Part shown: positions 49,297 to 59,896 of the stretch, piece after piece
Position numbering within the stretch: position 1 is the stretch's first letter
How the letters are laid out: each line of letters starts with the position of its first letter
Origin: Bacteroidota bacterium
Lineage (GTDB): Bacteria; Bacteroidota; Bacteroidia; Flavobacteriales; Flavobacteriaceae
Length of the DNA: 64,000 nucleotides
Direction of reading: 5' to 3'
Assembly (NCBI GenBank): GCA_043778045.1
Contig: JAYWGW010000059.1
Coordinates: 552 to 64,551, forward strand
Notes under the pieces: generated by a model
What the model was told of the DNA's origin: nothing
Database searches by the model: none
The model's input: the letters and a program-made list of their open reading frames with translations, nothing else
Program-made: the position numbers and the translations under genes

Positions 49297-49704
49297 TAAA
49301 CTGTTTCATAGATATTAAAAAACATTGGAACACCTCAAAAACTCAGTTATAAATAAATTCAAATCTTTTTAATTATGTTTTTAATAAATTACAATTAAGT
49401 TTATTGAGAAAATTCAGCAAGCAACGACTCAATGATCTTAATTTTCTTAATGGTTAACTTCATAAAAGTTTGATTTAGTTCTTAAGGTTTCCATCCTCAA
49501 ATTTCTCAGTTGAACGCAAATTTTAATACGTTGTTTGTTCGTGAAATTCTTTTTTAATTCATTTTTCTATGAATTCGTGAAATAGTAGCATTCTTACACG
49601 TCTAATATGTAGATCATTTGATTTTTAAAGTCCGTCGCAAAACAATATAAAAATGCAAAAAATATTAAAAACGAGGGCAAAAAATAAAAAAAGCAGTCAA
49701 TAAA

Positions 49705-51069
49705 ATGCAAAACAAACCATCTTTATTTTCAGAATTTTCCGAAATTTCCAGCAAACAATGGAAACAACAATTGCATTTTGAACTCAAAGGCGAAGACTAT
49801 AACGATGTTTTGGTTTGGAGCAGTCCCGAAGACATCAAAGTGCGACCATTTTATCATGCAGATGAAAACATTCCAGATTATTCAATCGCAACAAAAGTAT
49901 CTGAATTCAAAATTTGTCAAAACATTTTTGTTTTTGATGTAGAAAAATCCATAAATAAAACCAACGATTCGTTGCGCCGCGGTGCGGAATCTATTTCTTA
50001 TCATATCGAAAATGCAACAATTGACATTGAAAAATTATTAGACAATTCAAATCTAAAAAACATCACTGTTCATTTTAATCTAAATTTTATATCAGCTAAA
50101 TTTATTTCTAAAATTGAAAATATAGCATCTAAAATAGGAATTAAAATTTATTTAAATCTCGATCCAATTGGGCACTTGGCCAGAGACGGAAATTGGATGC
50201 AAACCGAGCACAAAGACAATTTTGAAAGCCTCAACAAGCTTTCAAATTCAAATCCGACCATTTCCATCGACGCAAGTCTCTACCAAAATGCAGGAGCAAA
50301 CATCGTTCAGCAATTGGCTTATGCCATGGCGCACACCAACGAATATTTTAATAGTTGCCCAAATATCAACAAAATCATAGTTTTAAAAGTAGCAATTGGC
50401 TCAAACTATTTTTTTGAAATTGCAAAACTTCGAGCCATACGAATGCTGTTTCAAACCATTTCGGCGGAATATCAGCCAGATTTTGAATGTTTCATTTTAG
50501 CAACACCATCAAAACGAAACAAAACAATTTACGACTATAACATAAATTTGTTGCGCACAACCACAGAAAGCACCAGCGCAATTTTGGGTGGCGCAGGTGC
50601 CATTTCAAACTTGGCTTACGATGCTATCTATCATAAAGACAATGAATTTGGCGACCGATTGGCTCGCAATCAGTTGCTAATTCTCAAACATGAATCGTAT
50701 CTTGATCAAGTCGACAATCCATCCGATGGCAGTTACTACATTGAAAGCCTGACGCAACAATTGGCAGAAAAAGCACTAATTTTATTCAAAGAAATTGAAA
50801 GCGCAGGCGGATTTATAAAACAACTAAAAGACGGAACAATTCAAAAAAAGATTGCAGAAAGTGCCCAAAAAGAACAAGATTTGTTCAACAGTGGCACAGA
50901 AATTTTAGTTGGAACTAACAAATATCCAAATCCAAACGACCACATGAAAAATGATTTGGAATTGTATCCGTTTATAAAAATAAACCCTCGCAAAACTTTA
51001 ATCATACCCATAATCGAAAAAAGATTGGCTGACAAAATGGAACAAGAACGATTAAAATGTGAAGTTTAA
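49705..51069 (+). CDS. mutA: Methylmalonyl-CoA mutase small (beta) subunit
   Basis: YNINLLRTTTE, DNEFGDRLARNQ and VDNPSDGSYYIESLT; MeaB and large subunit nearby. Confidence 0.85.
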   Translation: MQNKPSLFSEFSEISSKQWKQQLHFELKGEDYNDVLVWSSPEDIKVRPFYHADENIPDYSIATKVSEFKICQNIFVFDVEKSINKTNDSLRRGAESISYHIENATIDIEKLLDNSNLKNITVHFNLNFISAKFISKIENIASKIGIKIYLNLDPIGHLARDGNWMQTEHKDNFESLNKLSNSNPTISIDASLYQNAGANIVQQLAYAMAHTNEYFNSCPNINKIIVLKVAIGSNYFFEIAKLRAIRMLFQTISAEYQPDFECFILATPSKRNKTIYDYNINLLRTTTESTSAILGGAGAISNLAYDAIYHKDNEFGDRLARNQLLILKHESYLDQVDNPSDGSYYIESLTQQLAEKALILFKEIESAGGFIKQLKDGTIQKKIAESAQKEQDLFNSGTEILVGTNKYPNPNDHMKNDLELYPFIKINPRKTLIIPIIEKRLADKMEQERLKCEV

Positions 51070-51108
51070 ATAAAATATTGTATTATATTTACATGATAAA
51101 TTATTGCT

Positions 51109-51348
51109 ATGGAAACAATTTTTCAGACCGTAAAAGTGAGAAACAAACAAATTCTAATTACGCTACCCGATGATTTCGAAGGCGATGAAGTAGATATTGC
51201 AATTTCCGAGGTGATGTCAAATATTGAAATTTCTCAAGGGCAAATAGATGAAGTTCGAAAACGGCATCGGGATTATTTACAAAATCCAAGTTTAGCAACG
51301 GATATTACTATTTTTTTTAAAGAAATTGAACAGCATAATGAATTATAA
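51109..51348 (+). CDS. Putative type II antitoxin (addiction-module-like)
   Basis: 79 aa acidic ORF; C-terminal QGQIDEVRKRHRDYLQNP resembles addiction-module antitoxins; overlaps the toxin start. Confidence 0.6.
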   Translation: METIFQTVKVRNKQILITLPDDFEGDEVDIAISEVMSNIEISQGQIDEVRKRHRDYLQNPSLATDITIFFKEIEQHNEL

Positions 51349-51628
51349 ATTTTTGATTTTAAATGAAGCAAAAATTGATTTCAACGAAGCTTTCAATTAT
51401 TATAAAAATATAAATATTGCACTTGCAATAAGGTTTTTTAGTTCTTTTAAAGATGCTACAAAAATTATTAAAACAAATCCAAAACTTTTTCAAATAAGGT
51501 ATGATAATACTCGTGTAACACTTCTAAAGGGTTTTCCATATTTAATTCACTACAAGATTATTGATGAACTGATTATTGTCTATTTAATTTGTCATACATC
51601 GAGAGATAATAAATTGAATTCAAAATAA
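51338..51628 (+). CDS. RelE/ParE family type II toxin
   Basis: [29 protein letters not shown] and ICHTSR pattern; ATG at 51338. Confidence 0.78.
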   Translation: MNYKFLILNEAKIDFNEAFNYYKNINIALAIRFFSSFKDATKIIKTNPKLFQIRYDNTRVTLLKGFPYLIHYKIIDELIIVYLICHTSRDNKLNSK

Positions 51629-51638
51629 ATTCATAAGA

Positions 51639-53759
51639 TTGAGAAAAAATCTACAACATATTAAAATTATACCTGCAAATAGTGAAGCCTATCAAGTGTC
51701 AGAAAAACCATTTGAAACCGCCGAAGGAATTGCCTTGAACAAAACATACTCAAAAATCGACGTTGAAAATTTTGAGCATCTAAACTTTGGTGCAGGGTTT
51801 TCGCCAAATTTACGCGGGCCGTATGCCAGTATGTATGTGCGTCGCCTGTGGACTATTCGGCAATATGCAGGTTTTTCAACCGCCGAAGAAAGCAATGCAT
51901 TTTATAGAAGAAATCTTGCCGCGGGTCAAAAAGGACTTTCTGTTGCTTTTGACTTGCCAACCCATCGTGGCTATGATTCTGACCACGAGCGAGTCGTTGG
52001 AGATGTTGGAAAAGCAGGTGTTTCCATCGATTCTGTGGAAGATATGAAAGTGCTTTTCAACCAAATTCCGCTCGATGAAATGTCAGTTTCCATGACGATG
52101 AATGGTGCCGTTTTGCCCATTATGGCATTTTACATTGTAGCCGCAGAAGAGCAAGGCGTGTCGCTTGAAAAATTGTCAGGCACCATTCAAAATGATATTT
52201 TGAAAGAATTTATGGTGCGCAACACCTACATTTATCCGCCAACACAATCCATGCAGATTATTGCCGATATTTTCGAATATACTAGCAAAAAAATGCCGAA
52301 GTTTAACTCGATTTCGATTTCGGGCTATCACATGCAAGAAGCAGGAGCAACTGCCGATATTGAATTAGCTTACACCTTAGCCGATGGTTTAGAATATATC
52401 CGAACTGGACTTTCTACAGGAATGAAAATTGACTATTTTGCGCCGAGATTATCTTTTTTTTGGGCTATTGGCATGAATCATTTTATGGAAATTGCCAAGA
52501 TGCGAGCTGGCAGAATGTTGTGGGCAAAATTAGTCAAACAATTCCATCCAAAAAATGAAAAATCTTTAGTATTGCGAACACATTGCCAAACAAGCGGCTG
52601 GAGTTTGACCGAGCAAGATCCTTTTAATAACGTGGCTCGAACGACAATAGAAGCCATGGCGGCTGTCTTTGGTGGCACACAATCTTTGCATACTAACGCT
52701 TTAGATGAAGCCATCGCATTACCAACAGAATTTTCAGCTCGAATTGCCAGAAACACGCAAATTTTTCTGCAAGAAGAAACTAAAATTACTAAAACAGTAG
52801 ATCCTTGGGGAGGAAGTTTTTATGTCGAAAGTCTAACGGAGCAGATCTCCAAAAAAGCTTGGGAATTAATTCAAGAAGTGGAGGCGCTTGGTGGCATGAC
52901 AAAAGCCATTGAGGCTGGCATTCCAAAAATGAGAATTGAGGAAGCTGCCGCCAAAAAACAAGCAAGAATAGATGCAGGAAAAGATATCATTGTTGGTGTA
53001 AATGCGTTTAAACTCGAAAAAGAAGATCCACTGCACATTTTGGATGTTGACAATCAAATGGTTCGAAAGCAACAAATCGAACAACTCGAAATAATCAAAA
53101 AAAATCGTGATGGCGAAAAGGTTGAAAAATCATTACAAGATTTGACTAATTGTGCAAAAACGAAACAAGGAAACTTGCTTGAAATTGCTGTTGAAGCTGC
53201 GAGAAATCGTTGCACTTTAGGTGAAATTTCAATGGCTTTAGAACAAGTTTTTGGACGTTACAAAGCACAAATTAAAACATTTAGCGGCGTGTATAGTAAA
53301 GAAATAAAAGACGACAAAAGTTTTGAATTGGCACGTCAAAAAGCCAATGATTTTGCGAAATCCGAAGGTCGCAGACCGAGAATCATAATTGCAAAAATGG
53401 GTCAAGATGGGCACGACCGTGGCGCGAAAGTGGTCGCAACCGGTTACGCCGACGTTGGCTTTGATGTTGATATAGGACCTCTATTTCAAACTCCAGCCGA
53501 GGCCGCCAAGCAAGCCGTTGAAAATGATGTACATGTTTTAGGTGTATCTTCGCTTGCGGCAGGACACAAAACATTAGTGCCGCAAGTGATTGAAGAACTA
53601 AAAAACTTGGGTCGACCAGACATCATGGTTGTTGTCGGTGGCGTAATTCCTGCACAAGACTATCAGTTTTTGTTTGATGCAGGCGCGGTCGCAGTGTTTG
53701 GACCAGGTACAAAAATCAGCGATGCGGCTATAAAAATGTTGGAAATTTTGCAAGGTTGA
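51639..53759 (+). CDS. scpA: Methylmalonyl-CoA mutase large (alpha) subunit
   Basis: [19 protein letters not shown] and B12-binding [16 protein letters not shown] motifs; TTG start. Confidence 0.96.
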   Translation: MRKNLQHIKIIPANSEAYQVSEKPFETAEGIALNKTYSKIDVENFEHLNFGAGFSPNLRGPYASMYVRRLWTIRQYAGFSTAEESNAFYRRNLAAGQKGLSVAFDLPTHRGYDSDHERVVGDVGKAGVSIDSVEDMKVLFNQIPLDEMSVSMTMNGAVLPIMAFYIVAAEEQGVSLEKLSGTIQNDILKEFMVRNTYIYPPTQSMQIIADIFEYTSKKMPKFNSISISGYHMQEAGATADIELAYTLADGLEYIRTGLSTGMKIDYFAPRLSFFWAIGMNHFMEIAKMRAGRMLWAKLVKQFHPKNEKSLVLRTHCQTSGWSLTEQDPFNNVARTTIEAMAAVFGGTQSLHTNALDEAIALPTEFSARIARNTQIFLQEETKITKTVDPWGGSFYVESLTEQISKKAWELIQEVEALGGMTKAIEAGIPKMRIEEAAAKKQARIDAGKDIIVGVNAFKLEKEDPLHILDVDNQMVRKQQIEQLEIIKKNRDGEKVEKSLQDLTNCAKTKQGNLLEIAVEAARNRCTLGEISMALEQVFGRYKAQIKTFSGVYSKEIKDDKSFELARQKANDFAKSEGRRPRIIIAKMGQDGHDRGAKVVATGYADVGFDVDIGPLFQTPAEAAKQAVENDVHVLGVSSLAAGHKTLVPQVIEELKNLGRPDIMVVVGGVIPAQDYQFLFDAGAVAVFGPGTKISDAAIKMLEILQG

Positions 53760-53905
53760 TTTTTTAATAATTATCAGAAAAGTTTTGATCACTTATTAAA
53801 TGTAATATTCCTTCGATTATAAAATCTTCACAAGTACTTGATTGTAGGTAGTATAAACGGTCTTCATACTTTCATACTTTACAACATTTACACATTTTAA
53901 CTTAC

Positions 53906-54127
53906 CTATTGCATTTCAATCTTAAAATCGTCGATTATTTGATGTGCTTTGTTGAAATCTGTTTCTTGGATGAACACTTCTACGGCGAGATCTGTATTTC
54001 CAAATCCACCAAGTCGTGCGGATTGAATGTTGTCTTTCAAAACTGCTGAAATACCCTGTTCTTCAATTCTGCTTTGTAGGTTTTTTGCGAGAATTTCGCT
54101 ACCCGAAAATACTTTCATCAGTCCCAT
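53906..54127 (-). CDS. DUF2007-like small protein
   Basis: MGLMKVFSGSEILA..LQSRIEEQGI.AV.KD...AVEVFIQE; start at 54127. Confidence 0.7.
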   Translation of the reverse strand: MGLMKVFSGSEILAKNLQSRIEEQGISAVLKDNIQSARLGGFGNTDLAVEVFIQETDFNKAHQIIDDFKIEMQ

Positions 54128-54140
54128 GATATTTTTTTTT

Positions 54141-54788
54141 TTAGTTTTCTTGTTTTTCTTCAATTTTATCTTCGTCGTTTTCAAAGTCAAAAATGTAGGG
54201 TTCAATTAGCATTTTATCAGTTAAAACTTCCACTCTTTCCGAAAATATTTCTGCAAATACGATGCGTTGTGTTTTTGCAATGCTATTTGATATTCGCATA
54301 ATTTTGGTTTCATGACGCAATTTTAAAATGGCATCTGCATCGTCTAAAATAAACATTTTCAGTCTATTAACATTGTATCCAGCCGTGCTAAACATTTCGC
54401 TAAGTTTGTTTGGCGTTCCAATTAACACATCGATTCCTGTGGAAATGTAGTTTTTGTCAAATTCCGTATCGCCTTTGTCGTGGATTCCGTAAACTCGTAA
54501 GTTGGTATAATTTCCATATTTTTCAAACAGCGTTTCCATTTCCAAAACTTTCGCTTTATCTTCTACGATGATTAGTGCCCGTGGAGATTCTTCACCTTCG
54601 GCTTGCAGTTGTTGAATAACATTGAGAACAATTGTTGTGCTTTTTCCAGTTCCTGAAGGTGAAATAATCAGACAATCGCCACCACTCTTTATCGTCGAAA
54701 ATGTATCTTTTTGCAAAGAATTTGCATCTGTCAAACCATTTTCAGCCAATGCAGTTTTTAGATTTTCGTTTATTTTTTTTAAATTCAT
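54141..54788 (-). CDS. Truncated DEAD-box-like protein (RecA1 domain only)
   Basis: Q motif, SPSGTGKS, GTPNKL and LDDAD; no helicase C-terminal domain. Confidence 0.75.
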   Translation of the reverse strand: MNLKKINENLKTALAENGLTDANSLQKDTFSTIKSGGDCLIISPSGTGKSTTIVLNVIQQLQAEGEESPRALIIVEDKAKVLEMETLFEKYGNYTNLRVYGIHDKGDTEFDKNYISTGIDVLIGTPNKLSEMFSTAGYNVNRLKMFILDDADAILKLRHETKIMRISNSIAKTQRIVFAEIFSERVEVLTDKMLIEPYIFDFENDEDKIEEKQEN

Positions 54789-55058
54789 TTTTTTTAATTT
54801 TTAACCACATAGAGCTATAAGTTTTTAAACTTGATAAAGGCGTTTCACTTTAAATAGGGCAGATCATAGGTAAGTTAAACCAAGACCCGAGCGATCGCGA
54901 ATAGGCGACGCAATTGGTGTATGAAATACTTTTATTTTTATACTATTTGGTTTATTCTTAAATTTTATCAATTGCACCAAACGGGTTACAACTATATTTT
55001 TTACATTTTACAACTTTCTACAATAAACATTTAACATTTTAACATGTTAACTTTTCAA

Positions 55059-56222
55059 CTACTTTGATGCAAACAACTTCACATCACTTTCCGAAATTTC
55101 ATTGTTTCCCAAAATAATTAGTCGTTCGACCACATTGCGCAATTCTCTGATATTTCCTGTCCAGTCATAATTTTGTAATAATTTGATGGCATCATCAGAA
55201 AAACTTTTGATTGCATTTCCTTGTTCTGTGGCAATTTTATCAGCAAAATATTCGATTAACATCGGAATATCATCGCGTCTGTCGTTTAGCGAAGGTACTT
55301 TTATCAGAATAACTGCCAATCGATGGTATAAATCTTCACGAAAACGCCCTTCTGAAATTTCTAATTTCAAATCCTTGTTAGTTGCCGCAATAACCCTCAC
55401 ATTTACTTTGATGTCTTTATCGGCACCGACGCGCGTGATCATGCTTTCTTGCAAGGCACGCAGGACTTTCGCTTGTGCAGATAAGCTCATGTCGCCAATT
55501 TCGTCTAAGAATATTGTTCCACCATCGGCTGCTTCAAATTTTCCTGCGCGATCTTTTATTGCTGAGGTGAACGCTCCTTTTACATGTCCAAAAAGTTCAC
55601 TCTCAATAAGTTCTGATGGAATGGCTGCGCAATTTACTTCTATTAAAGGGAAGTTTGCGCGCTCACTTTGTTCATGCAGTTGATGGGCAACAAGCTCTTT
55701 TCCTGTTCCATTTGGTCCCGTAATCAAAACGCGAGCTTCGGTTTTTGCAACCTTTTCAATCATGGTTTTGATGTGGTTGATGGCATCGCTGTTGCCAATC
55801 ATCTCGTAGTTTTTGCTGACTTTCTTTTTCAAGATTTTGTTTTCAACCACAAGTTGTTTTTTGTCTAAAGCGTTGCGAACCGTGTTTAGCAGACGATTTA
55901 AATCTGGTGGTTTAGAAATATAGTCAAACGCGCCAAGTCGCATGGTTTGGATTGCGGTTTCCATGTCGCCATGTCCAGAAATCATCACGATTGGAATTTC
56001 TGGTTTTATTTTTTTAACTGCTTCGAGCACTTCCACGCCATCCATTTTTGGCATTTTTATGTCGCACAAAACAAGGTCGTAGTCGTTATTTTTAATTTTT
56101 TCATATCCCGAAAGCCCATCTTCTGCATCTTCCACAAGATAAGTTTCATTTTCTTCTGACAATATTTTAGTAAGCACACGACGGATGGCGGCTTCGTCTT
56201 CTATGATTAGGATTTTTTGCAT
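55059..56222 (-). CDS. NtrC/NtrX-like response regulator (REC + sigma54-type AAA+), apparently lacking a C-terminal HTH
   Basis: IEDE, CDIKMP, GPNGTGKE, ESELFGH.KGAFTSA, FREDLYHRL and W.GNIRELRN; ends about 25 aa later. Confidence 0.9.
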   Translation of the reverse strand: MQKILIIEDEAAIRRVLTKILSEENETYLVEDAEDGLSGYEKIKNNDYDLVLCDIKMPKMDGVEVLEAVKKIKPEIPIVMISGHGDMETAIQTMRLGAFDYISKPPDLNRLLNTVRNALDKKQLVVENKILKKKVSKNYEMIGNSDAINHIKTMIEKVAKTEARVLITGPNGTGKELVAHQLHEQSERANFPLIEVNCAAIPSELIESELFGHVKGAFTSAIKDRAGKFEAADGGTIFLDEIGDMSLSAQAKVLRALQESMITRVGADKDIKVNVRVIAATNKDLKLEISEGRFREDLYHRLAVILIKVPSLNDRRDDIPMLIEYFADKIATEQGNAIKSFSDDAIKLLQNYDWTGNIRELRNVVERLIILGNNEISESDVKLFASK

Positions 56223-56307
56223 TGATTAGTTTTTATGTACTGAGGCACTAAGAAGCAAAGGTAAGAAGTTTTCGTTCGCTTTTAGTTATCTTTTTTATAT
56301 GTGCTTT

Positions 56308-56394
56308 GCGTTAGGGATTGAGTGAAAATCCTTTTTGGCGATTTTTCTTCGCCAAAAAGATTGCAACGAAAGCCCGACCCGTAGGGAAACGCCC
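56308..56394 (-). repeat. REP/MITE-like element, copy D (minimal form)
   Basis: Reverse complement: gggcgtttccctacgggtcgggctttcgttgcaatc-tttttggcga..tcgccaaaaagg-attttcactcaatccctaacgc. Confidence 0.85.
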
Positions 56395-56419
56395 TAAACA
56401 TTCAGTTTAAATTTATTAA

Positions 56420-56468
56420 TTAGTATTTAATACCTAATACCTAATACTTAATAATTAACACCTAATAC
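56420..56468. repeat. Heptamer array (cctaata-like)
   Basis: taatacctaatacctaatacttaataattaacacctaatacctaata. Confidence 0.7.
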
Positions 56469-57803
56469 CTAATACTTCAGCCACTTATACAATTCTTTAT
56501 AAGTTGGTTTTTTGCCATACATCAAAATTCCGATGCGGTAAATTTTTGCCGCGAACCAAACGGTTGCCGTGAAAGTAGCGAAAAGTATTGACAGTGAAAT
56601 GGCAATTTCATACCACGGCACTCCAAACGGTAGGCGCATCATCATGACGATAGGCGAGGTGAGGGGAATCATAGAGAAAACCATGGCGACGGTGCCGTGT
56701 GGCTCGTTCAAAACGCTGAAAAATCCGACGTAAACGCCAAGCATAAGTGGTAAAATGATGGGCAAAAGAAATTGTTGTGAGTCGGTTTCAGAATCTACGG
56801 CGGCACCAATGGCGGCATATATGGAACTGTACAGAAAATAGCCACCAATGAAATAGAACAAAAATCCGACGAAAATTGTCCCAATTGGCAACTGTAGAAT
56901 TTCATTGAAATAAAGTTGAAGCATTTGCGTGAGTTCCGCAGATTTGCCGCCAATTAGTTGAGGTTCAATTGCTGACGATGCGCCAAGTTGCACATTGAAA
57001 ACAACTGAAAGTATGAAAAATAAAACCCCTCCCAAAAATGCCCAGATTAAAAACTGCAAAATTCCCGCCAGTGAATTTCCGATTATTTTTCCCATCATGA
57101 GTGTAAAAGGTTTTACGGACGAGATGATTATTTCTATAATTCGGTTGGTTTTTTCTTCGATAACGCTACGCATAACAGTGTTTCCGTAAATGATTATGAA
57201 CATCATAATAAGGTATCCGAACCCGAACCCAATTCCAATTTTGATGGCATTTAAACCTTTTACTGTGTTTTCGCCCGATGCTTTTTTGAGTTGAATATTA
57301 ACTTTTGATGTGGCAGAACTAATTGTTGCGGTGTCTATTCCAATTTTTTGGTAGTTTTCTGATGTGATTTTTTTTGCAATCGTTCGCTCAATGTTATTTA
57401 TAAAATCAAGACTCGGACTTTCGTTTGAAATGTATTCAATCTTAGATTCCAAAACACTATTTTCTGTGGTTTTCGGAATAAGAATCAGACCTTCAAAACC
57501 GTCTTTTGAAATGCTATCTTTTAATGTTTTGATTGGTATTTGCGAAAAATCTACATATTTATATGCCTCGGTTGATTGAAATGACTTTGCAAATTTTCCC
57601 GATTCGTCGTGAACGGCAATTGTTTTTAAGTCCGCTTTCATTGAAGCTAAGTAACCGACAAAAACTGCCAACGCTACAAGCAAAATCGGACTCAAAAACG
57701 TCATCACAATAAAAGATTTGTTGCGAACCTTGGCTGTGAATTCTCGTTTTATGATAAGTGGCAACATTTTTTTGTTGCTAAAATTTTTATTTTCTACTGA
57801 CAT
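56469..57803 (-). CDS. ABC-2 type transporter permease (NatB/YhaP-like)
   Basis: IIKREF..KVRNKSF, VIEEKTNRIIEIIISSVKP..LM.GKI and IPLTSPIVMMMR motifs. Confidence 0.9.
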   Translation of the reverse strand: MSVENKNFSNKKMLPLIIKREFTAKVRNKSFIVMTFLSPILLVALAVFVGYLASMKADLKTIAVHDESGKFAKSFQSTEAYKYVDFSQIPIKTLKDSISKDGFEGLILIPKTTENSVLESKIEYISNESPSLDFINNIERTIAKKITSENYQKIGIDTATISSATSKVNIQLKKASGENTVKGLNAIKIGIGFGFGYLIMMFIIIYGNTVMRSVIEEKTNRIIEIIISSVKPFTLMMGKIIGNSLAGILQFLIWAFLGGVLFFILSVVFNVQLGASSAIEPQLIGGKSAELTQMLQLYFNEILQLPIGTIFVGFLFYFIGGYFLYSSIYAAIGAAVDSETDSQQFLLPIILPLMLGVYVGFFSVLNEPHGTVAMVFSMIPLTSPIVMMMRLPFGVPWYEIAISLSILFATFTATVWFAAKIYRIGILMYGKKPTYKELYKWLKY

Positions 57804-57806
57804 GCG

Positions 57807-58733
57807 TTAAGATTTTTTGGTAACAGTTTGAATAAAAATATCATTTACGGTCGGAATTTTTTCCGCAAAATGTGTCATTTGACCGTAGCTTAAAATGCTT
57901 TCTATCAAAACATTTGGATGGCTATCGCCGATTTTAATTTCCAGCTTCAAATCGTTGTTCAACGATTTAAAATTTGCTGTGCCGACTTCAAATTTTTGCG
58001 TCAAATTATACATTAAACCTTCGACGTTTTCAGTCAAAACGCCAACCTCGTAAACGCCACTTCGGTTGCTGCGTTTTACATCGTCTAACTTGCCTTCAAT
58101 CAACTTGTTAGATTTATGAATCAGTGCAATATCGTCGCACAATTCTTCCACACTTTCCATTCTATGTGTAGAAAAAATGATGGTTGCGCCTTGTTTTTTG
58201 AGCTCTAAAATCTCGTCTTTAATAATGTTTGCATTCACCGGATCAAAACCAGAAAAAGGCTCGTCGAAAATCAGCAATTTTGGCTTGTGTAAAACGCAAA
58301 CCACAAATTGCACTTTTTGCGCCATTCCTTTGGATAGTTCTTGTATTTTTTTGTTCCACCAACCTTGTATTTCGAGCTTATCAAACCAGTAATCCAATTG
58401 TTTTTTAGCATCAGATTTCGACAAGCCTTTGAGTTGTGCCAAATACAAACATTGCTCGCCAACTTTCATTGATTTGTATAAACCACGTTCCTCAGGTAAA
58501 TACCCAATATGTTGAACATCATCGGGTTTAAGGTCGATTCCGTCCAACAAAATGCGTCCGTTATCAGGCAACGTAATCTGATTTATAATCCGAATCAGTG
58601 ATGTTTTTCCTGCGCCATTTGGGCCTAAAAGCCCGTAGATACTGCCACGAGGCACCGTAAGCGACACGTTGTTCAATGCCGTATAATCGCCGTATGTTTT
58701 CACCACGTTTTGAACCTCAAGAATATTGCCCAT
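57807..58733 (-). CDS. ABC transporter ATP-binding protein (NatA/YhaQ-like)
   Basis: GPNGAGKT, LSKGMAQK and IFDEPFSG motifs. Confidence 0.93.
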   Translation of the reverse strand: MGNILEVQNVVKTYGDYTALNNVSLTVPRGSIYGLLGPNGAGKTSLIRIINQITLPDNGRILLDGIDLKPDDVQHIGYLPEERGLYKSMKVGEQCLYLAQLKGLSKSDAKKQLDYWFDKLEIQGWWNKKIQELSKGMAQKVQFVVCVLHKPKLLIFDEPFSGFDPVNANIIKDEILELKKQGATIIFSTHRMESVEELCDDIALIHKSNKLIEGKLDDVKRSNRSGVYEVGVLTENVEGLMYNLTQKFEVGTANFKSLNNDLKLEIKIGDSHPNVLIESILSYGQMTHFAEKIPTVNDIFIQTVTKKS

Positions 58734-58859
58734 ATTTTTAAATAATAATTGCTGTACGTTTAGACATAAAAATCGGTTTATTGTTACATCTTTTTACTTA
58801 GTATTTTTACGAATATTAAATAATTTCACAGTAAATTATATGCGTTGACATAGATTTTT

Positions 58860-59447
58860 TTATTCTTTCAAAACCATGTCAATACACATTACGGCCGCCA
58901 AAATCAAAGGTCTGACATTGTCGTTTTCCGCAACATTTTCATTAATACTCAAAACGTAATTATCTGCAGAAGTAAAAAATTCTTTACCAATTCCAGCCCA
59001 TTTTTTACTGACGTGTGCCAATTCTTTTTCGCCAACCATAAATTTATAGTCCCAACCAGTCCATTTTCCTTGCAAGGTGCAAATCACATTTCCCGACACA
59101 TCCAAAATTTCAAATTTGCCACCAAATGACAGCATTCTTTGGCGAAAAGTGCCCAGCAAAATATTTTTTTCATCAAAAACTTCTACCACTGACCGAAAAA
59201 AAGTAAAACCACGTCGCACACTTAAAATTAATTTTCCTTCTGTGGTTGAGATTTGAATATCAAAAGGTGTCAATCTTTTATATTCTGTAAATCGAAAAAT
59301 TTTTGTGAAAATTCCCAGATTTGGTTCCCTACAATTTAAAATGTGTTGGTTTTTTTCTGCATCAAAAATATTGAAGTTGTTTGCGGCTTTGAACATGCCA
59401 ATTTGTTCTTTGATAAGAAAAAGATTTTTGTTAAGAAGTGCGTTCAT
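58860..59447 (-). CDS. Phospholipid scramblase/LURP-one (Tubby-like) related protein
   Basis: Repeated beta-strand pattern, G..TGWDY, SKKW.G..KE.FT.ADNY and LAAVMCID. Confidence 0.75.
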   Translation of the reverse strand: MNALLNKNLFLIKEQIGMFKAANNFNIFDAEKNQHILNCREPNLGIFTKIFRFTEYKRLTPFDIQISTTEGKLILSVRRGFTFFRSVVEVFDEKNILLGTFRQRMLSFGGKFEILDVSGNVICTLQGKWTGWDYKFMVGEKELAHVSKKWAGIGKEFFTSADNYVLSINENVAENDNVRPLILAAVMCIDMVLKE

Positions 59448-59896
59448 AATTTTACTGATTTATTTTTAGTAAAATTAATATTTCAAATTTGAAAATAGCG
59501 ATAAAATTCCTAAAATCATGATTTTCTCTATTGATATAAATGTAATTAAAAGGTTGGAGGCGATTTTACATATGCCAGATTTAAACCACAAATTCCACAA
59601 ATTGGCTCAAATTTTTATTATAATTGAATTACACAAATCATAACCGCCCACTATATTAGTGAAATTCATTTTAAATTTCTTTTTCTTAAAATTCGTGAAA
59701 CAATATTTGCATATTAATGAAATAAGTAAGCCAATATTTGTGCTGATTTTTGTTTTACAATCTTATAATTTATATGCTGCATCAAAAATAAGTACACACA
59801 ATATATGCTATATACAGTAGCTATTAAAAATCATATTATTTTATTTATACTTTTTGCCATTCAAAATTTATTTCGTATTTTTCGTAATCCAATATA

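Noticed and set aside
49297-49704. Possible cobalamin riboswitch upstream of the mutase genes
   Set aside because: No B12-box or conserved GGGAA/GCCACTG elements; AT-rich with only short ORF fragments
59575-59665. IIIELHKS*PP next to ccacaaatt nonamers as a decayed GxxExxY gene
   Set aside because: The match is too short and interrupted to distinguish from chance
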